NCBI GenBank assembly: GCA_902491615.1
Contig: CABUIH010000002.1
Coordinates: forward strand, 24,383 to 88,382
DNA: 64,000 bases
Direction: 5' to 3'
Origin: an uncultured Collinsella sp.
Lineage (GTDB): Bacteria; Actinomycetota; Coriobacteriia; Coriobacteriales; Coriobacteriaceae
Part shown: one piece after another, positions 48,518 to 58,475 of the stretch
How positions within the stretch are numbered: position 1 is the stretch's first letter
Layout: each line of letters opens with the position of its first letter
The notes under the pieces: model-generated
The model's input: the letters and a program-made list of their open reading frames with translations, nothing else
What the model was told of the DNA's origin: nothing
Database searches by the model: none
Position numbers and translations under genes: made by a program

Positions 48518-49255
48518 ATGGCTAAGGCAAAGAACACCGATAAGCTCGTTGTACAGAATGCCGCCAAGACCCTTCTGGCCAACATCCGCTTTGCGAGCGT
48601 GGACGACCCCATTCGTACCATTACCGTCACGTCCTCGATTCCCAACGAGGGCAAGTCTACGGTTTCCATTAACCTTGCTCAGGCAATCGCCACGAGCGGC
48701 AAGTCCGTGCTCCTGGTCGAGGCCGATATGCGCCGCAGGTCTCTTTCCGATATGCTCGGCGTTCGTTCGCGCGGCGGACTCTATGCGGTCCTTTCCGAGC
48801 AGATCTCCATTGACCAGGCGATTGTCGAGACGGGTCAGAAGAACTTCTACTTCCTCGATGCCGAGCCGCATATTCCCAATCCTGCCGACATCATCGTCTC
48901 TCACCGCTTTGCCAAGCTGGTAAAGGCACTGTCCGCCAAGTTCCAGTACGTCATCTTTGATGCTCCCCCGGTCGGCACCTTCATCGATGCTGCCGAGATC
49001 GCAAGTCTAACCGACGGTGCGCTTTTTGTCGTGCGTGAGGATTTCACCAAGCGCGAGGAGGCGCTCAATGCCATCGGTCAGCTTAAGAAGTCCGAGAAGG
49101 TCAAGCTCATTGGTACCGTTATGAACTACTGCGAGACCGAGACCAGCGAGTACTACTACTCCTACTACACCAAGGACGGTAAGAAGGTGAAGAAGGGCTC
49201 CGACGATCAGGGGACTTCCAAAAAGGGCATCTTCACCAACCGAGCAAACGTTTAG
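48518..49255 (+). CDS. BY-kinase CpsD/CapB (tyrosine-protein kinase)
   Basis: TSSIPNEGKST, ADMRR, FDAPP, tyrosine cluster EYYYSYY. Confidence 0.93.
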   Translation: MAKAKNTDKLVVQNAAKTLLANIRFASVDDPIRTITVTSSIPNEGKSTVSINLAQAIATSGKSVLLVEADMRRRSLSDMLGVRSRGGLYAVLSEQISIDQAIVETGQKNFYFLDAEPHIPNPADIIVSHRFAKLVKALSAKFQYVIFDAPPVGTFIDAAEIASLTDGALFVVREDFTKREEALNAIGQLKKSEKVKLIGTVMNYCETETSEYYYSYYTKDGKKVKKGSDDQGTSKKGIFTNRANV

Positions 49256-49272
49256 TTGATTAAGGCTGACCT

Positions 49273-49923
49273 ATGCGTGACATTCATTGCCATATCTTGC
49301 CGGGTGTAGACGACGGCGCCGCCGATCTCGATGAGAGCTTGGCGATGCTCGAGGCTGCCAAGCGGGCCGGTGTAACCAGAATCGTTTGCACTCCTCACTG
49401 CCGTGATCCCTATTTTGATTACGACAAGATGTGGGATGCCTTTGAGCTGCTGCGTGATAACGCTGACGGTTTTCCGCTCCAGATGGGCTTCGAGGTCAAC
49501 CATCGAAAGCTCGTTGAGCTTGGTATCGATGCCGCGGAGCACTTGCATTTCGATGGGACCAACGAGTTTCTGCTCGAGCTTTCGACGCATGCCGATGCGT
49601 ATGCGTTTAGAGAGTACGAGAACACGATTTACGATTTGCAGTGCCGTGGCTACCAGGTGATCATCGCTCATCCTGAGCGCTATCGTGCGGTTCAAAAGGA
49701 TGTAAGCGTGGCGGAGCGCCTGGTCGATATGGGCTGCAAGCTGCAGGCTTCGGCGGACTTTATTGCCGGCGGTCGATTTGGTCGCGAGAAAAAGCCGGCA
49801 CAGCGCCTGTTCGATCAGAACCTGTACAGCTTCATCGCGAGCGATGCCCATAACGTGGGTCATTACGACTGCCTGGCGAAGGCTCGCGCGAAGTTTAGCG
49901 TGCGCGGAGCTCATTTTCGCTAA
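49273..49923 (+). CDS. CpsB/CapC PHP-family tyrosine phosphatase
   Basis: DIHCHILPGVDDG, TPH, AHPERY, ASDAH. Confidence 0.93.
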   Translation: MRDIHCHILPGVDDGAADLDESLAMLEAAKRAGVTRIVCTPHCRDPYFDYDKMWDAFELLRDNADGFPLQMGFEVNHRKLVELGIDAAEHLHFDGTNEFLLELSTHADAYAFREYENTIYDLQCRGYQVIIAHPERYRAVQKDVSVAERLVDMGCKLQASADFIAGGRFGREKKPAQRLFDQNLYSFIASDAHNVGHYDCLAKARAKFSVRGAHFR

Positions 49924-49962
49924 TATCTGTCCCTAACGTTCGCATTGAATGAAAGGGCAGCC

Positions 49963-50463
49963 ATGGATATCCAACTTAAGACGGGATGCTTTGATGACGC
50001 GGCGTTGGTGCGCCGCGTCGTTTTTATGGACGAGCAGGGCTACGAGAATGAGTTCGACGCTATCGACGAGGATCAGAACTGCATTCATGTGACGCTCTAT
50101 GTAGACGGCGAGCTTGCCGGTTGCTCGCGCGTGTTTCCCGAAGAGCTTGAGCGCGTGGCTGACGCAGAGGCCCCGGTGTTGCCGGCATGCGACATGGACG
50201 AAGGCGTTGTGGCGGGGGAGACCTACATTATGGGGCGCGTCGCCGTGCTGTCGGCTATGCGTCGTCGCGGACTGGCGAGTGCGATCGTCGATACCAGTGC
50301 TTCGTGTGCACGCGATGCCGGCGCTAAGCTTATTAAGCTGCATGCGCAGGAATACGTGCTGCCGCTCTATGCAAAGGCGGGCTACACGCAAATCGCCCCG
50401 GTAGATTACGAAGACGAGGGCCAGCCCCATGTCTGGATGGCCAAGCGCGTAGATGGCAGATAG
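49963..50463 (+). CDS. GNAT-family N-acetyltransferase (ElaA/YjcF-like)
   Basis: RRVVFMDEQG, GRVAVL..RRRGLA, LHAQ..LYAKAGY, DEGQPHVWM. Confidence 0.88.
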   Translation: MDIQLKTGCFDDAALVRRVVFMDEQGYENEFDAIDEDQNCIHVTLYVDGELAGCSRVFPEELERVADAEAPVLPACDMDEGVVAGETYIMGRVAVLSAMRRRGLASAIVDTSASCARDAGAKLIKLHAQEYVLPLYAKAGYTQIAPVDYEDEGQPHVWMAKRVDGR

Positions 50464-50663
50464 GGACGTTCCTTTTCTGCCGGCAGCTGGGGACACTCCT
50501 TGGCATCCGCCGCACGGTCGTTTCAACAAACAGTTTTTCGATTCCGTATGTATATATGCGCGCTAATGGGTTATAAAATCTAAGTCTGAACATAGCAGGT
50601 CTGCGATGCGGCTCGGGCGACCGGGCCGTTTTTGCGGACGGGGGTAGCGCGAAAGGACTGCAC

Positions 50664-52688
50664 ATGCGTCAATTTAAGACCGAGAGCAAAAAACTGCTCG
50701 ACCTCATGATCAACTCCATCTACACCAATAAGGAAATCTTCCTGCGCGAGCTTATCTCTAACGCGAGCGACGCCGTCGACAAGCTCAACTTTAAGAGCCT
50801 GCAGGACCCGAGCGTCAAGATCGACCAGGGCGACCTGGCCATTCGCGTCTCCTTTGATAAAGACGCCCGCACCATTACCATCTCGGATAACGGCATTGGC
50901 ATGACCGCCGAGGAGCTGGAGCGCAATCTGGGCACCATCGCCCATTCCGGCTCCGAGGAGTTTAAGACCGAGAACGCCGAGCAGCAGGGCTCCGATGTCG
51001 ACATCATCGGTCAGTTTGGCGTGGGCTTCTACTCGGCTTTTATGGTCGCCAGCCATGTGAAGGTCGTCAGCCGCGCCTATGGCGAGGATGTCGCCCATGT
51101 GTGGGAATCCGACGGTCTTGAGGGCTACACCATCGAGGACGGCGAGCGCGCCGAGCACGGTACCGATGTCATCCTGACGCTGCGCGAGAACGAGAAGCTC
51201 GATGCCGACGGTGAGGCCGAGACCTACGATCGCTTCCTGACCGAGTGGGGTCTCAAGAGCCTGATTCAGCAGTACAGTAACTATGTGCGTTACCCGATCC
51301 AGATGATGGTGTCCAAGAGCCGCCAGAAACCCAAGCCCGAGGACGCCGGCGACGATTACAAGCCCGAGTACGAGGACTACCAGGAGCTCGAGACCGTCAA
51401 TTCCATGACACCGATCTGGAAGAAGCACAGCTCCGATGTCGAGCAGAAGGACTACGACGAGTTCTACAAGTCCACGTTCCACGACTTTGACGATCCTGCG
51501 CGCACCATCAGCTTCCACGCCGAGGGCACGCTCGAGTATGACGCCCTGCTGTTTGTGCCGGGACGCGCGCCGTTCGATCTGTACAGCAAGGACTACGAGA
51601 AGGGTCTGGCGCTCTACAGCTCCAACGTCCTGATCATGGAGAAGTGCGACGACCTGCTGCCCGACTACTACAACTTTGTCCGCGGCGTCGTGGATTCCGC
51701 CGACGTGTCGCTCAACATCTCGCGTGAGACGTTGCAGCAGAACCGTCAGCTTAAGGCCATCGCCAAGCGCGTGGAAAAGAAGATTACCGCCGACCTTGAG
51801 GATATGCGTGACAACGACCGCGAGGCCTACGAGAAGTTCTTTGAGAACTTTGGTCGCGGTCTTAAGTACGGCATCTACTCGAGCTATGGCATGAAGGCCG
51901 ATGAACTCGCTGACCTGTTGCTGTTCTGGTCTGCCAAGGAACAGAAGATGATTACCCTGGCCGAGTATGCCAAGGGCATGCCCGAGGATCAGAAGGCCAT
52001 CTACTACGCCGCTGGCGACTCGCGTGAGCGCTTGGCTAAGATGCCCGTGGTGAAGGGCGTGCTCGACCGCGGCTATGACGTGCTGCTGCTGACGCAGGAC
52101 GTGGATGAGTTCACCTTCCAGGCTATGCGTGAGTACGTTGCCGCCGATATGCCCAAGATCTACGAGGACGATGCCGCCCGCGAGGCTGCCGAAAAGGCCG
52201 TGGCCGATGGTGCCGAGCCCGAGGTTGAGGATCGTCACCTGGAGCTCAAGAACGTCGCAACCGGTGATCTTGACCTGGCGACCGAGGACGAGAAAAAGGA
52301 GGCCGAGGACGCCACCAAGGAGAACGAGGACCTCTTTAACGCCATGAAGGAGGCACTCGGCGACAAGGTCGAGAAGGTTGCCGTCTCTGCGCGCCTGACC
52401 GATGCTCCCGCGTGCATCACCACCGAGGGCCCGCTTTCGCTCGAGATGGAGAAGGTGCTCCAGAAGGGTCCCGAGGGCGCGCCCGACGGTATGCCCAAGA
52501 GCCAGCGCGTGCTCGAGCTCAACGCCAAGCACCCGGTCTTTTCCAAGCTCGTCGCCGCTCAGAAGGCGGGCGACGCCGACAAGATCAAGCAGTACTCCGG
52601 TTTGCTCTATGACCAGGCCCTGCTGGTCGAGGGCATTCTGCCCGAGGACCCCGTTGCCTTCGCAGCAGCTGTTTGCAACTTGATGTAG
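50664..52688 (+). CDS. htpG: Molecular chaperone HtpG (Hsp90)
   Basis: IYTNKEIFLRELISNASDA, NLGTIAHSG, IGQFGVGFYSAF, LNISRETLQ. Confidence 0.97.
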   Translation: MRQFKTESKKLLDLMINSIYTNKEIFLRELISNASDAVDKLNFKSLQDPSVKIDQGDLAIRVSFDKDARTITISDNGIGMTAEELERNLGTIAHSGSEEFKTENAEQQGSDVDIIGQFGVGFYSAFMVASHVKVVSRAYGEDVAHVWESDGLEGYTIEDGERAEHGTDVILTLRENEKLDADGEAETYDRFLTEWGLKSLIQQYSNYVRYPIQMMVSKSRQKPKPEDAGDDYKPEYEDYQELETVNSMTPIWKKHSSDVEQKDYDEFYKSTFHDFDDPARTISFHAEGTLEYDALLFVPGRAPFDLYSKDYEKGLALYSSNVLIMEKCDDLLPDYYNFVRGVVDSADVSLNISRETLQQNRQLKAIAKRVEKKITADLEDMRDNDREAYEKFFENFGRGLKYGIYSSYGMKADELADLLLFWSAKEQKMITLAEYAKGMPEDQKAIYYAAGDSRERLAKMPVVKGVLDRGYDVLLLTQDVDEFTFQAMREYVAADMPKIYEDDAAREAAEKAVADGAEPEVEDRHLELKNVATGDLDLATEDEKKEAEDATKENEDLFNAMKEALGDKVEKVAVSARLTDAPACITTEGPLSLEMEKVLQKGPEGAPDGMPKSQRVLELNAKHPVFSKLVAAQKAGDADKIKQYSGLLYDQALLVEGILPEDPVAFAAAVCNLM

Positions 52689-52741
52689 TTAGGTATTTAC
52701 GCGGTTTTACCAAACCGCGTAACGGCTCGACGCTGCCCTCA

Positions 52742-52915
52742 GTTCCGCCGTTCTAACGAACGGCGGACCAGTCGACGCTGCGCGGGCGCCAGAGCGACAA
52801 CTTGTCATTCAAAGAGGACGGCATGACCAGAAGGTCTATGCCGTCCTCTTTTCATGCCAATTTGTTCGCTCTGGCGCCCGCTCGCTGGCATTGCCAAAAC
52901 ATCGACGTTGCCGTG
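52742..52915 (+). repeat. Structured ~175-bp repeat, copy A
   Basis: Reverse-complement match to 58138-58316; internal hairpins including a terminator-like stem. Confidence 0.75.
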
Positions 52916-52923
52916 GTCCTAAG

Positions 52924-52979
52924 TAGTCATTGGGGACGTTTTTGTTTGACTAGTCGTTTAAGAACGTCCCCGATGACTA
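52924..52979. repeat. GGGGAC-type palindrome
   Basis: tagtcattggggacgttttt ... aagaacgtccccgatgacta. Confidence 0.75.
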
Positions 52980-53180
52980 TTTGAATTGCTAATTTGTGCG
53001 GGTTGTGGTTTTGTGACCTGCTGAAATTTAGGATACTGTACATCTGTACGTTAACTCATCTTCGTAGTATATTGCTACCCGCAAAACTCAGCACCATTGT
53101 GCCGCGAGGCACTAAAGCGCCTACGTACAATGGTTGTCGATAGTACGATTCGATTTAACGACAGGATGGATGGTCCAAGC

Positions 53181-55946
53181 GTGAGTCTCGGCAGCAAACT
53201 ATCCAATGCAAAGGTGTCCTTTGCGATCTTTAAGCGCGACATTAAGCGACTGCTTGTGAACCCCGTCGCCTTGGTGGTTACCCTTGGCGTGTGCGTTATT
53301 CCCTCGCTGTATGCCTGGTACAACATCGTGGCCAACTGGGATCCGTACGGAAATACCCAGGGTATCAAGATTGCCATCGCCAACAACGATCGGGGCACCC
53401 AAAACGACTTGGTGGGCGAGCTCAACGCGGGCGATCAGGTTGTCGATCAGCTCAAGGAGAATCATCAGTTGGGCTGGACGTTCGTCGACTCGACGGCCGA
53501 TGCCAAGGAGGGCGTCGAGAGCGGCGAGTACTATGCCGCTATCGTGATTCCCAAGAACTTCTCGGATAACCTGGTTTCGATGCTCGACGGCAACTACCAT
53601 CAGCCCAAGCTCACGTACTACGTCAATGAGAAGAAGAGCGCCATTGCGCCCAAGGTTACCGATACCGGTGCAAACACCATCGAGGAGCAGATCAACTCGG
53701 AATTTGTCTCTACGGTAGGCAAGACTGTTGCCGGTATCGCCAAGGATGCCGGTGTCGATTTAAAGGACAAGGCAACCCAGACTCAGGACTCGCTGGCAAG
53801 TTCGGTGTCCGAGGCGTCCGACACCTTGGGCGAGGTGCGCGGTTCGATTGGCGATATGAATGCCGCCATCGATAAGACGAGTGGCGCTATCGCCTCGGCT
53901 GATGCGGCACTTGCCGGCTTGCAAGGCCAGGCACCGTCGCTGACGCAGGCGATCTCCCAGGGCAACGACCTGCTGAGCGAAGCTCGCACCACGGCGGGCA
54001 ACTCCATCACCTCGCTCTCCAAGGCGCTCTCGGAAGGCAGCCTTGCGCTCACCAAGACGTCGGCCTCTGCGAACGCTGCCATCGGCAAGCTGACGGGCGC
54101 GGTTACATCTACGACCACCCGTATCGACAACTCGCTCGAGTCTCTTCAAGCGACGATCGACCACAATAAGGCCGTTATCGGGCACTTGGAGATTCTCGCC
54201 AATGACACGTCGACAGGTTCCGAGGAAATTGACGCGCGCATTGTATCGACCATCGATTTGCTTCGAGAGCAGAATGAAAAGCTTCAGAGCATCAAGGACG
54301 GTCTGTCTGCGCAGTCGAGCGCCATGGCGAATGACGCCGCGGCTGTCTCGGGTGCCAGCGACGCTATCAATAACGCAATTCAGACCGGTGCGACCAACCT
54401 TGGCCAGGCCCAGACGGACCTGGGTCAAAACGCGCTGCCGAAGGCCTCGAGCGCGCTTGATTCCTTTGCCGCCGTCTCGGGTGATTTGACGGGTATCGTA
54501 TCTGGCCTCACGCCCACGATTGCAAGCGCGCGCGGTACGCTTTCGCGGCTTAACGCTACGCTCGGCCAGGCCAAGACCACGCTGTCCCAGACCGATTCCT
54601 CGCTTGCCAAGGTCCAGGACAAGCTTGCAACCGCCGCCAATGACATCGCGGCGCTGCAGACCTCCGAGTCCATGGGCGAGCTGGCCGATCTGATGGGCGT
54701 CGATGTCAATGACGTGGCAGATTTCATGGCGTCTCCGGTTGAGTTGACGTCCAAGTCAATCTATCCGGTCAAGAGCTTTGGCTCGGGCATCGCTCCCTTC
54801 TACACCAATCTGGCGCTTTGGGTGGGCGGCTATGTGCTCATCGCCATTTACAAGCTCGAGGTCGACCGTGAAGGTGTTGGCAGCTTTACGGCGCGCCAAG
54901 GCTACTTTGGCCGCTGGTTGCTCATGGTGATCCTGGGCGCGTTGCAGGCCATCATCGTTACGGTAGGCGATCTGGTGATTGGCGTGCAGTGCGTCAGCCC
55001 GCTGCTGTTCGTGCTGGGCGGCATCGCCATTTCGTTCACCTACGTCAATATCATCTATGCGCTGTCCACCACGTTTAAGCATATCGGCAAGGCTATCGGC
55101 GTCATTCTCGTCATCGTGCAGATCCCGGGTTCGTCGGGCATGTACCCCATCGAGATGATGCCCGGCTTCTTCCAGTGGCTGCACCCGCTGCTGCCCTTTA
55201 CCTACGGCATCAATCTGCTGCGCGAGACGGTCGGCGGCATGTATTCGTTCAACTACCTGTTTAACCTGTGCATTCTGGGCGTGTTCTTGATCGTGGCGCT
55301 CTTTATCGGCCTGCAGCTGCGTCCGCTGTTGCTCAACCTTAACCTGCTCTTTGATAAACAGCTCTCCACGACCGGTATGATGATTTGCGAGTCCAACGAC
55401 CTGCCGCGCCAGCGCTACTCGCTGCGCACGGCCATGCGCGTCATGCTCGATTCCGATTCGTACCGTCGCGAACTGCTCGATCATGCGGTCGCCTTTGAAC
55501 ATCGCTACCCGTACTACATCAAGGGCGGTTTTGCCGCCGTGGTGGGCGTTCAGGTCCTGCTCTTTGTCCTGTCGACGGTTCTCGATATCGACAATAACGG
55601 CAAGATCATCCTGCTTGTCATTTGGATCATCTCGGTTATTGCCATCTGCGGCTGGCTTATCAATATCGAATATATCCGAGCGAGCCTCAATACCCAGATG
55701 CGCATCTCGGCGCTTTCGGATGAGGACCTGCGTCGCGAGATGCGCGAACACACGGCCGCCATTCCTGCCGCCCGCCACATGTTTGGCCTCAACGCCAGCG
55801 AGCGTGGTGCCAAGGGCGGCGATCAGTCCACGGGCCGCTTGCCGCATATCGGCTCGCACCATAAATCTCAGGGCAGCGACAGCACAGTCACAAATGATGG
55901 AGATACCACCGCGCTTGGCAAGCACTCCAAAGGAGGTGAGGCATAA
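53181..55946 (+). CDS. YhgE/Pip-family membrane protein (start approximate)
   Basis: PSLYAWYNI.ANWDPYGNT, YYVNEKKSAIAPKVT, long helical ectodomain, FGSGIAPFYTNLALWVG, GMYPIE. Confidence 0.92.
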   Translation: MSLGSKLSNAKVSFAIFKRDIKRLLVNPVALVVTLGVCVIPSLYAWYNIVANWDPYGNTQGIKIAIANNDRGTQNDLVGELNAGDQVVDQLKENHQLGWTFVDSTADAKEGVESGEYYAAIVIPKNFSDNLVSMLDGNYHQPKLTYYVNEKKSAIAPKVTDTGANTIEEQINSEFVSTVGKTVAGIAKDAGVDLKDKATQTQDSLASSVSEASDTLGEVRGSIGDMNAAIDKTSGAIASADAALAGLQGQAPSLTQAISQGNDLLSEARTTAGNSITSLSKALSEGSLALTKTSASANAAIGKLTGAVTSTTTRIDNSLESLQATIDHNKAVIGHLEILANDTSTGSEEIDARIVSTIDLLREQNEKLQSIKDGLSAQSSAMANDAAAVSGASDAINNAIQTGATNLGQAQTDLGQNALPKASSALDSFAAVSGDLTGIVSGLTPTIASARGTLSRLNATLGQAKTTLSQTDSSLAKVQDKLATAANDIAALQTSESMGELADLMGVDVNDVADFMASPVELTSKSIYPVKSFGSGIAPFYTNLALWVGGYVLIAIYKLEVDREGVGSFTARQGYFGRWLLMVILGALQAIIVTVGDLVIGVQCVSPLLFVLGGIAISFTYVNIIYALSTTFKHIGKAIGVILVIVQIPGSSGMYPIEMMPGFFQWLHPLLPFTYGINLLRETVGGMYSFNYLFNLCILGVFLIVALFIGLQLRPLLLNLNLLFDKQLSTTGMMICESNDLPRQRYSLRTAMRVMLDSDSYRRELLDHAVAFEHRYPYYIKGGFAAVVGVQVLLFVLSTVLDIDNNGKIILLVIWIISVIAICGWLINIEYIRASLNTQMRISALSDEDLRREMREHTAAIPAARHMFGLNASERGAKGGDQSTGRLPHIGSHHKSQGSDSTVTNDGDTTALGKHSKGGEA

Positions 55947-58136
55947 ATGAAGAACATCCTGCATCTGTTTAAGCGCGATGTCCAAAACGTGTCTCGCTCC
56001 GTGATCGGCTTGGTTGTCGTGATGGGCCTCATTATCGTACCGTGTCTGTACGCGTGGTTTAACATCGCCGGCAGCTGGGATCCGTACGGCAACACCGGCA
56101 ATCTTAAGATCGCCGTGGTCAACACCGATGAGGGTTACGAGAGCGATTTGATCCCCGTCGAGGTTAACGTGGGCGAAAACGTGACCGCCACCCTACGCGG
56201 CAACGAGAGCTTCGATTGGGTTGTGCTCAACAATCGCGAAAAGGCTATCGAGGGCGTTAAGTCGGGCGCGTACTATGCTGCCGTCGTTATCCCCAAAACG
56301 TTTAGCGCTGACATGATGACGCTTTTCTCGACCGACGTGAAGCATGCCGATATCGAGTTCTACGAGAATCAGAAGGCCAACGCCATTGCGCAGATCGTGA
56401 CCGAGAAGGGTTCGAGCGCCGTCCAGAGCCAGGTTAACAAAACTTTTACCGAGACCATTACGACGATCGGTCTTAAGACGGTGTCCAGCCTGCTCGATTA
56501 CATGAGCACCGACCAGGTGGGTAACTTTATCGCCAACCTGTCCTCGACACTCGGCGATTCGATTGAGGACCTGCGAGACGTTCGGGCAAATGCTTCGTCG
56601 CTGGCGGGCATTTTGAGCTCCACGTCCGATTCGCTGACGTCGGCGAGCGGCATGCTCAAGCAGACCGGTGCCGTCGATGAGTCGACAAAGCAGCTCATGG
56701 AACATGCCAAAAGCGGCATCGATGATTCCAAAAAAGCGCTTAAGGCGGCAAACGATGCCATCGATGCCGCAATCGATGGAAGTGCGGGTTCGTTCGACAA
56801 TGTGTCTGCCGAGCTCGCGAAGGCGTTCTACACCGCAAACCAGCATGTCTACCTTACGGTGCCCCAACTCAACGATGCCGCTGCGGCCCTCAATGCGCGC
56901 GCCAAGGATATCGATGCGATGGCCGATCAGCTCCGCAGCCTTGCCGACCAGGTGAGCGATGAGAATTTGAAGGACGGCCTCAAGTCCGCCGCGACGTCGC
57001 TGGGCAGAATCGCCGTTGAGTACCGCAACAATGCCAAGGATCTGGCGGCTACCGCGAAGTCTCTCTCCGATAGCATGGCCGAGGTCAACAACTCGCGTGC
57101 CGAGGTCGATCAGACCATCGCTGATGCCAAGGCCGGCATCGCGGATGCCAAATCCGATTACGATTCCACGTTCTCGGTTAAGGCCAAGGAGCTCAAGAAG
57201 ACGGTTTCGGGCATTCTGGACTCGCTTGATGGCATCTCGGGCGACCTGGATAGCGCCGTAGGCGGCCTGACCGACGCATCCGGTTCGCTGGCAAAGGGCC
57301 TCTCCAAGGCTGCAAAGCTGGTCAACAAGGCTTCTGATCAGCTGGGCGAGGCGTCGGACAAGATCAGCGCGTTTAAGGACGAGCTCGACGGCGCCTTGAT
57401 GTCGGATGACCTCGCTACGATCAAGACGATGATCGGCAATGATCCCGAGGGTCTGGCCGTGTCGCTTTCCGGCCCCGTCGCGCTCGACCGCAAGCCGGTC
57501 TATCCGATTCGCAATTACGGTTCGGCCATGGCACCGTTCTACACGATTCTGTCGCTCTGGGTCGGCTCGATCGTGCTGGCGGCCATGATGAAGGTCTCGG
57601 TTGACGACGAACTCATCAATGAGCTGATCCCCGTGCGCTTGCACGAGATCTACCTGGGCCGTTACCTGTTCTTTGGCGGTCTGGCCCTGCTGCAGGCAAC
57701 GCTCGTGTGCGCGGGCGACATCCTGTTCTTTGGCATCCAGTGCGACAACCCGCTGCAGTTTGTGCTGGCGGGCTGGGTCGCGAGTCTCGTGTTCTCCAAT
57801 ATCGTCTACACGCTTACGGTGTCGTTTGGCGATATCGGCAAGGCGCTCGCCGTCGTGCTGCTGGTCATGCAGGTCGGCGGTTCGGGCGGCACGTTCCCCA
57901 TCGAGATGACCGGCCCCGTGTTCCAGGCGATCTATCCGTTCCTGCCGTTTACTCACGGCATCAACGCCATGCACGCCGCCATGGCCGGTGCCTATCATAT
58001 GGAGTACTGGGTTGAGCTGGGTATTCTGGCGAGCTATCTGATTCCGTCGCTGGCACTGGGCGTCGTCTTCCGCCGCCCGGTCATCAAAGCCAACGACTGG
58101 ATCATCGAAAAGCTGGAGTCGACAAAGCTAATTTAG
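55947..58136 (+). CDS. YhgE/Pip-family membrane protein (second paralog)
   Basis: PCLYAWFNIAGSWDPYGNT, NYGSAMAPFYTILSLWVG, GGTFPIE. Confidence 0.92.
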   Translation: MKNILHLFKRDVQNVSRSVIGLVVVMGLIIVPCLYAWFNIAGSWDPYGNTGNLKIAVVNTDEGYESDLIPVEVNVGENVTATLRGNESFDWVVLNNREKAIEGVKSGAYYAAVVIPKTFSADMMTLFSTDVKHADIEFYENQKANAIAQIVTEKGSSAVQSQVNKTFTETITTIGLKTVSSLLDYMSTDQVGNFIANLSSTLGDSIEDLRDVRANASSLAGILSSTSDSLTSASGMLKQTGAVDESTKQLMEHAKSGIDDSKKALKAANDAIDAAIDGSAGSFDNVSAELAKAFYTANQHVYLTVPQLNDAAAALNARAKDIDAMADQLRSLADQVSDENLKDGLKSAATSLGRIAVEYRNNAKDLAATAKSLSDSMAEVNNSRAEVDQTIADAKAGIADAKSDYDSTFSVKAKELKKTVSGILDSLDGISGDLDSAVGGLTDASGSLAKGLSKAAKLVNKASDQLGEASDKISAFKDELDGALMSDDLATIKTMIGNDPEGLAVSLSGPVALDRKPVYPIRNYGSAMAPFYTILSLWVGSIVLAAMMKVSVDDELINELIPVRLHEIYLGRYLFFGGLALLQATLVCAGDILFFGIQCDNPLQFVLAGWVASLVFSNIVYTLTVSFGDIGKALAVVLLVMQVGGSGGTFPIEMTGPVFQAIYPFLPFTHGINAMHAAMAGAYHMEYWVELGILASYLIPSLALGVVFRRPVIKANDWIIEKLESTKLI

Positions 58137-58137
58137 T

Positions 58138-58316
58138 GCGGCAACGTTAACGCTGATGTAGCACTAATGCCAGCGAGCGAGCCGCATTTGCGCCAAGGTG
58201 ACGTGAAATGAAAGGGCGCTGACCTTCTGGTCGCGCCCTTGAAATTGAACGTCAGATTGGCGTGAATGCGGCTCGCGCAGCGTCGGCCGGTCCGCCGTTC
58301 GGTAGAACGGCGGAAC
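58138..58316 (-). repeat. Structured ~175-bp repeat, copy B (inverted relative to copy A)
   Basis: 58271-58316 is a 42/46 reverse-complement match to 52742-52787; shared gaccagaaggtc loop and cgctcgctggcatt tail. Confidence 0.75.
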
Positions 58317-58475
58317 AAAACGCTTTAGTGGGCTGGATTGCGATGCAACGCTGGTTGTTGCTACAGTAGCGGGGCGTGCCGGGGGTCCGGTGCGCCCCGT
58401 TTTTATTTGACCATGAGGCGGCACGCAGCCATACGCGTGCGGACACCACGCCCAGATTGAGTGTGAGGATGTTCC

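Noticed and set aside
53181..58136. Type VII secretion locus (EsaA-like genes)
   Set aside because: No EssC/EccC ATPase or WXG100 gene in the window; tandem YhgE/Pip pairs are common in gut actinobacteria
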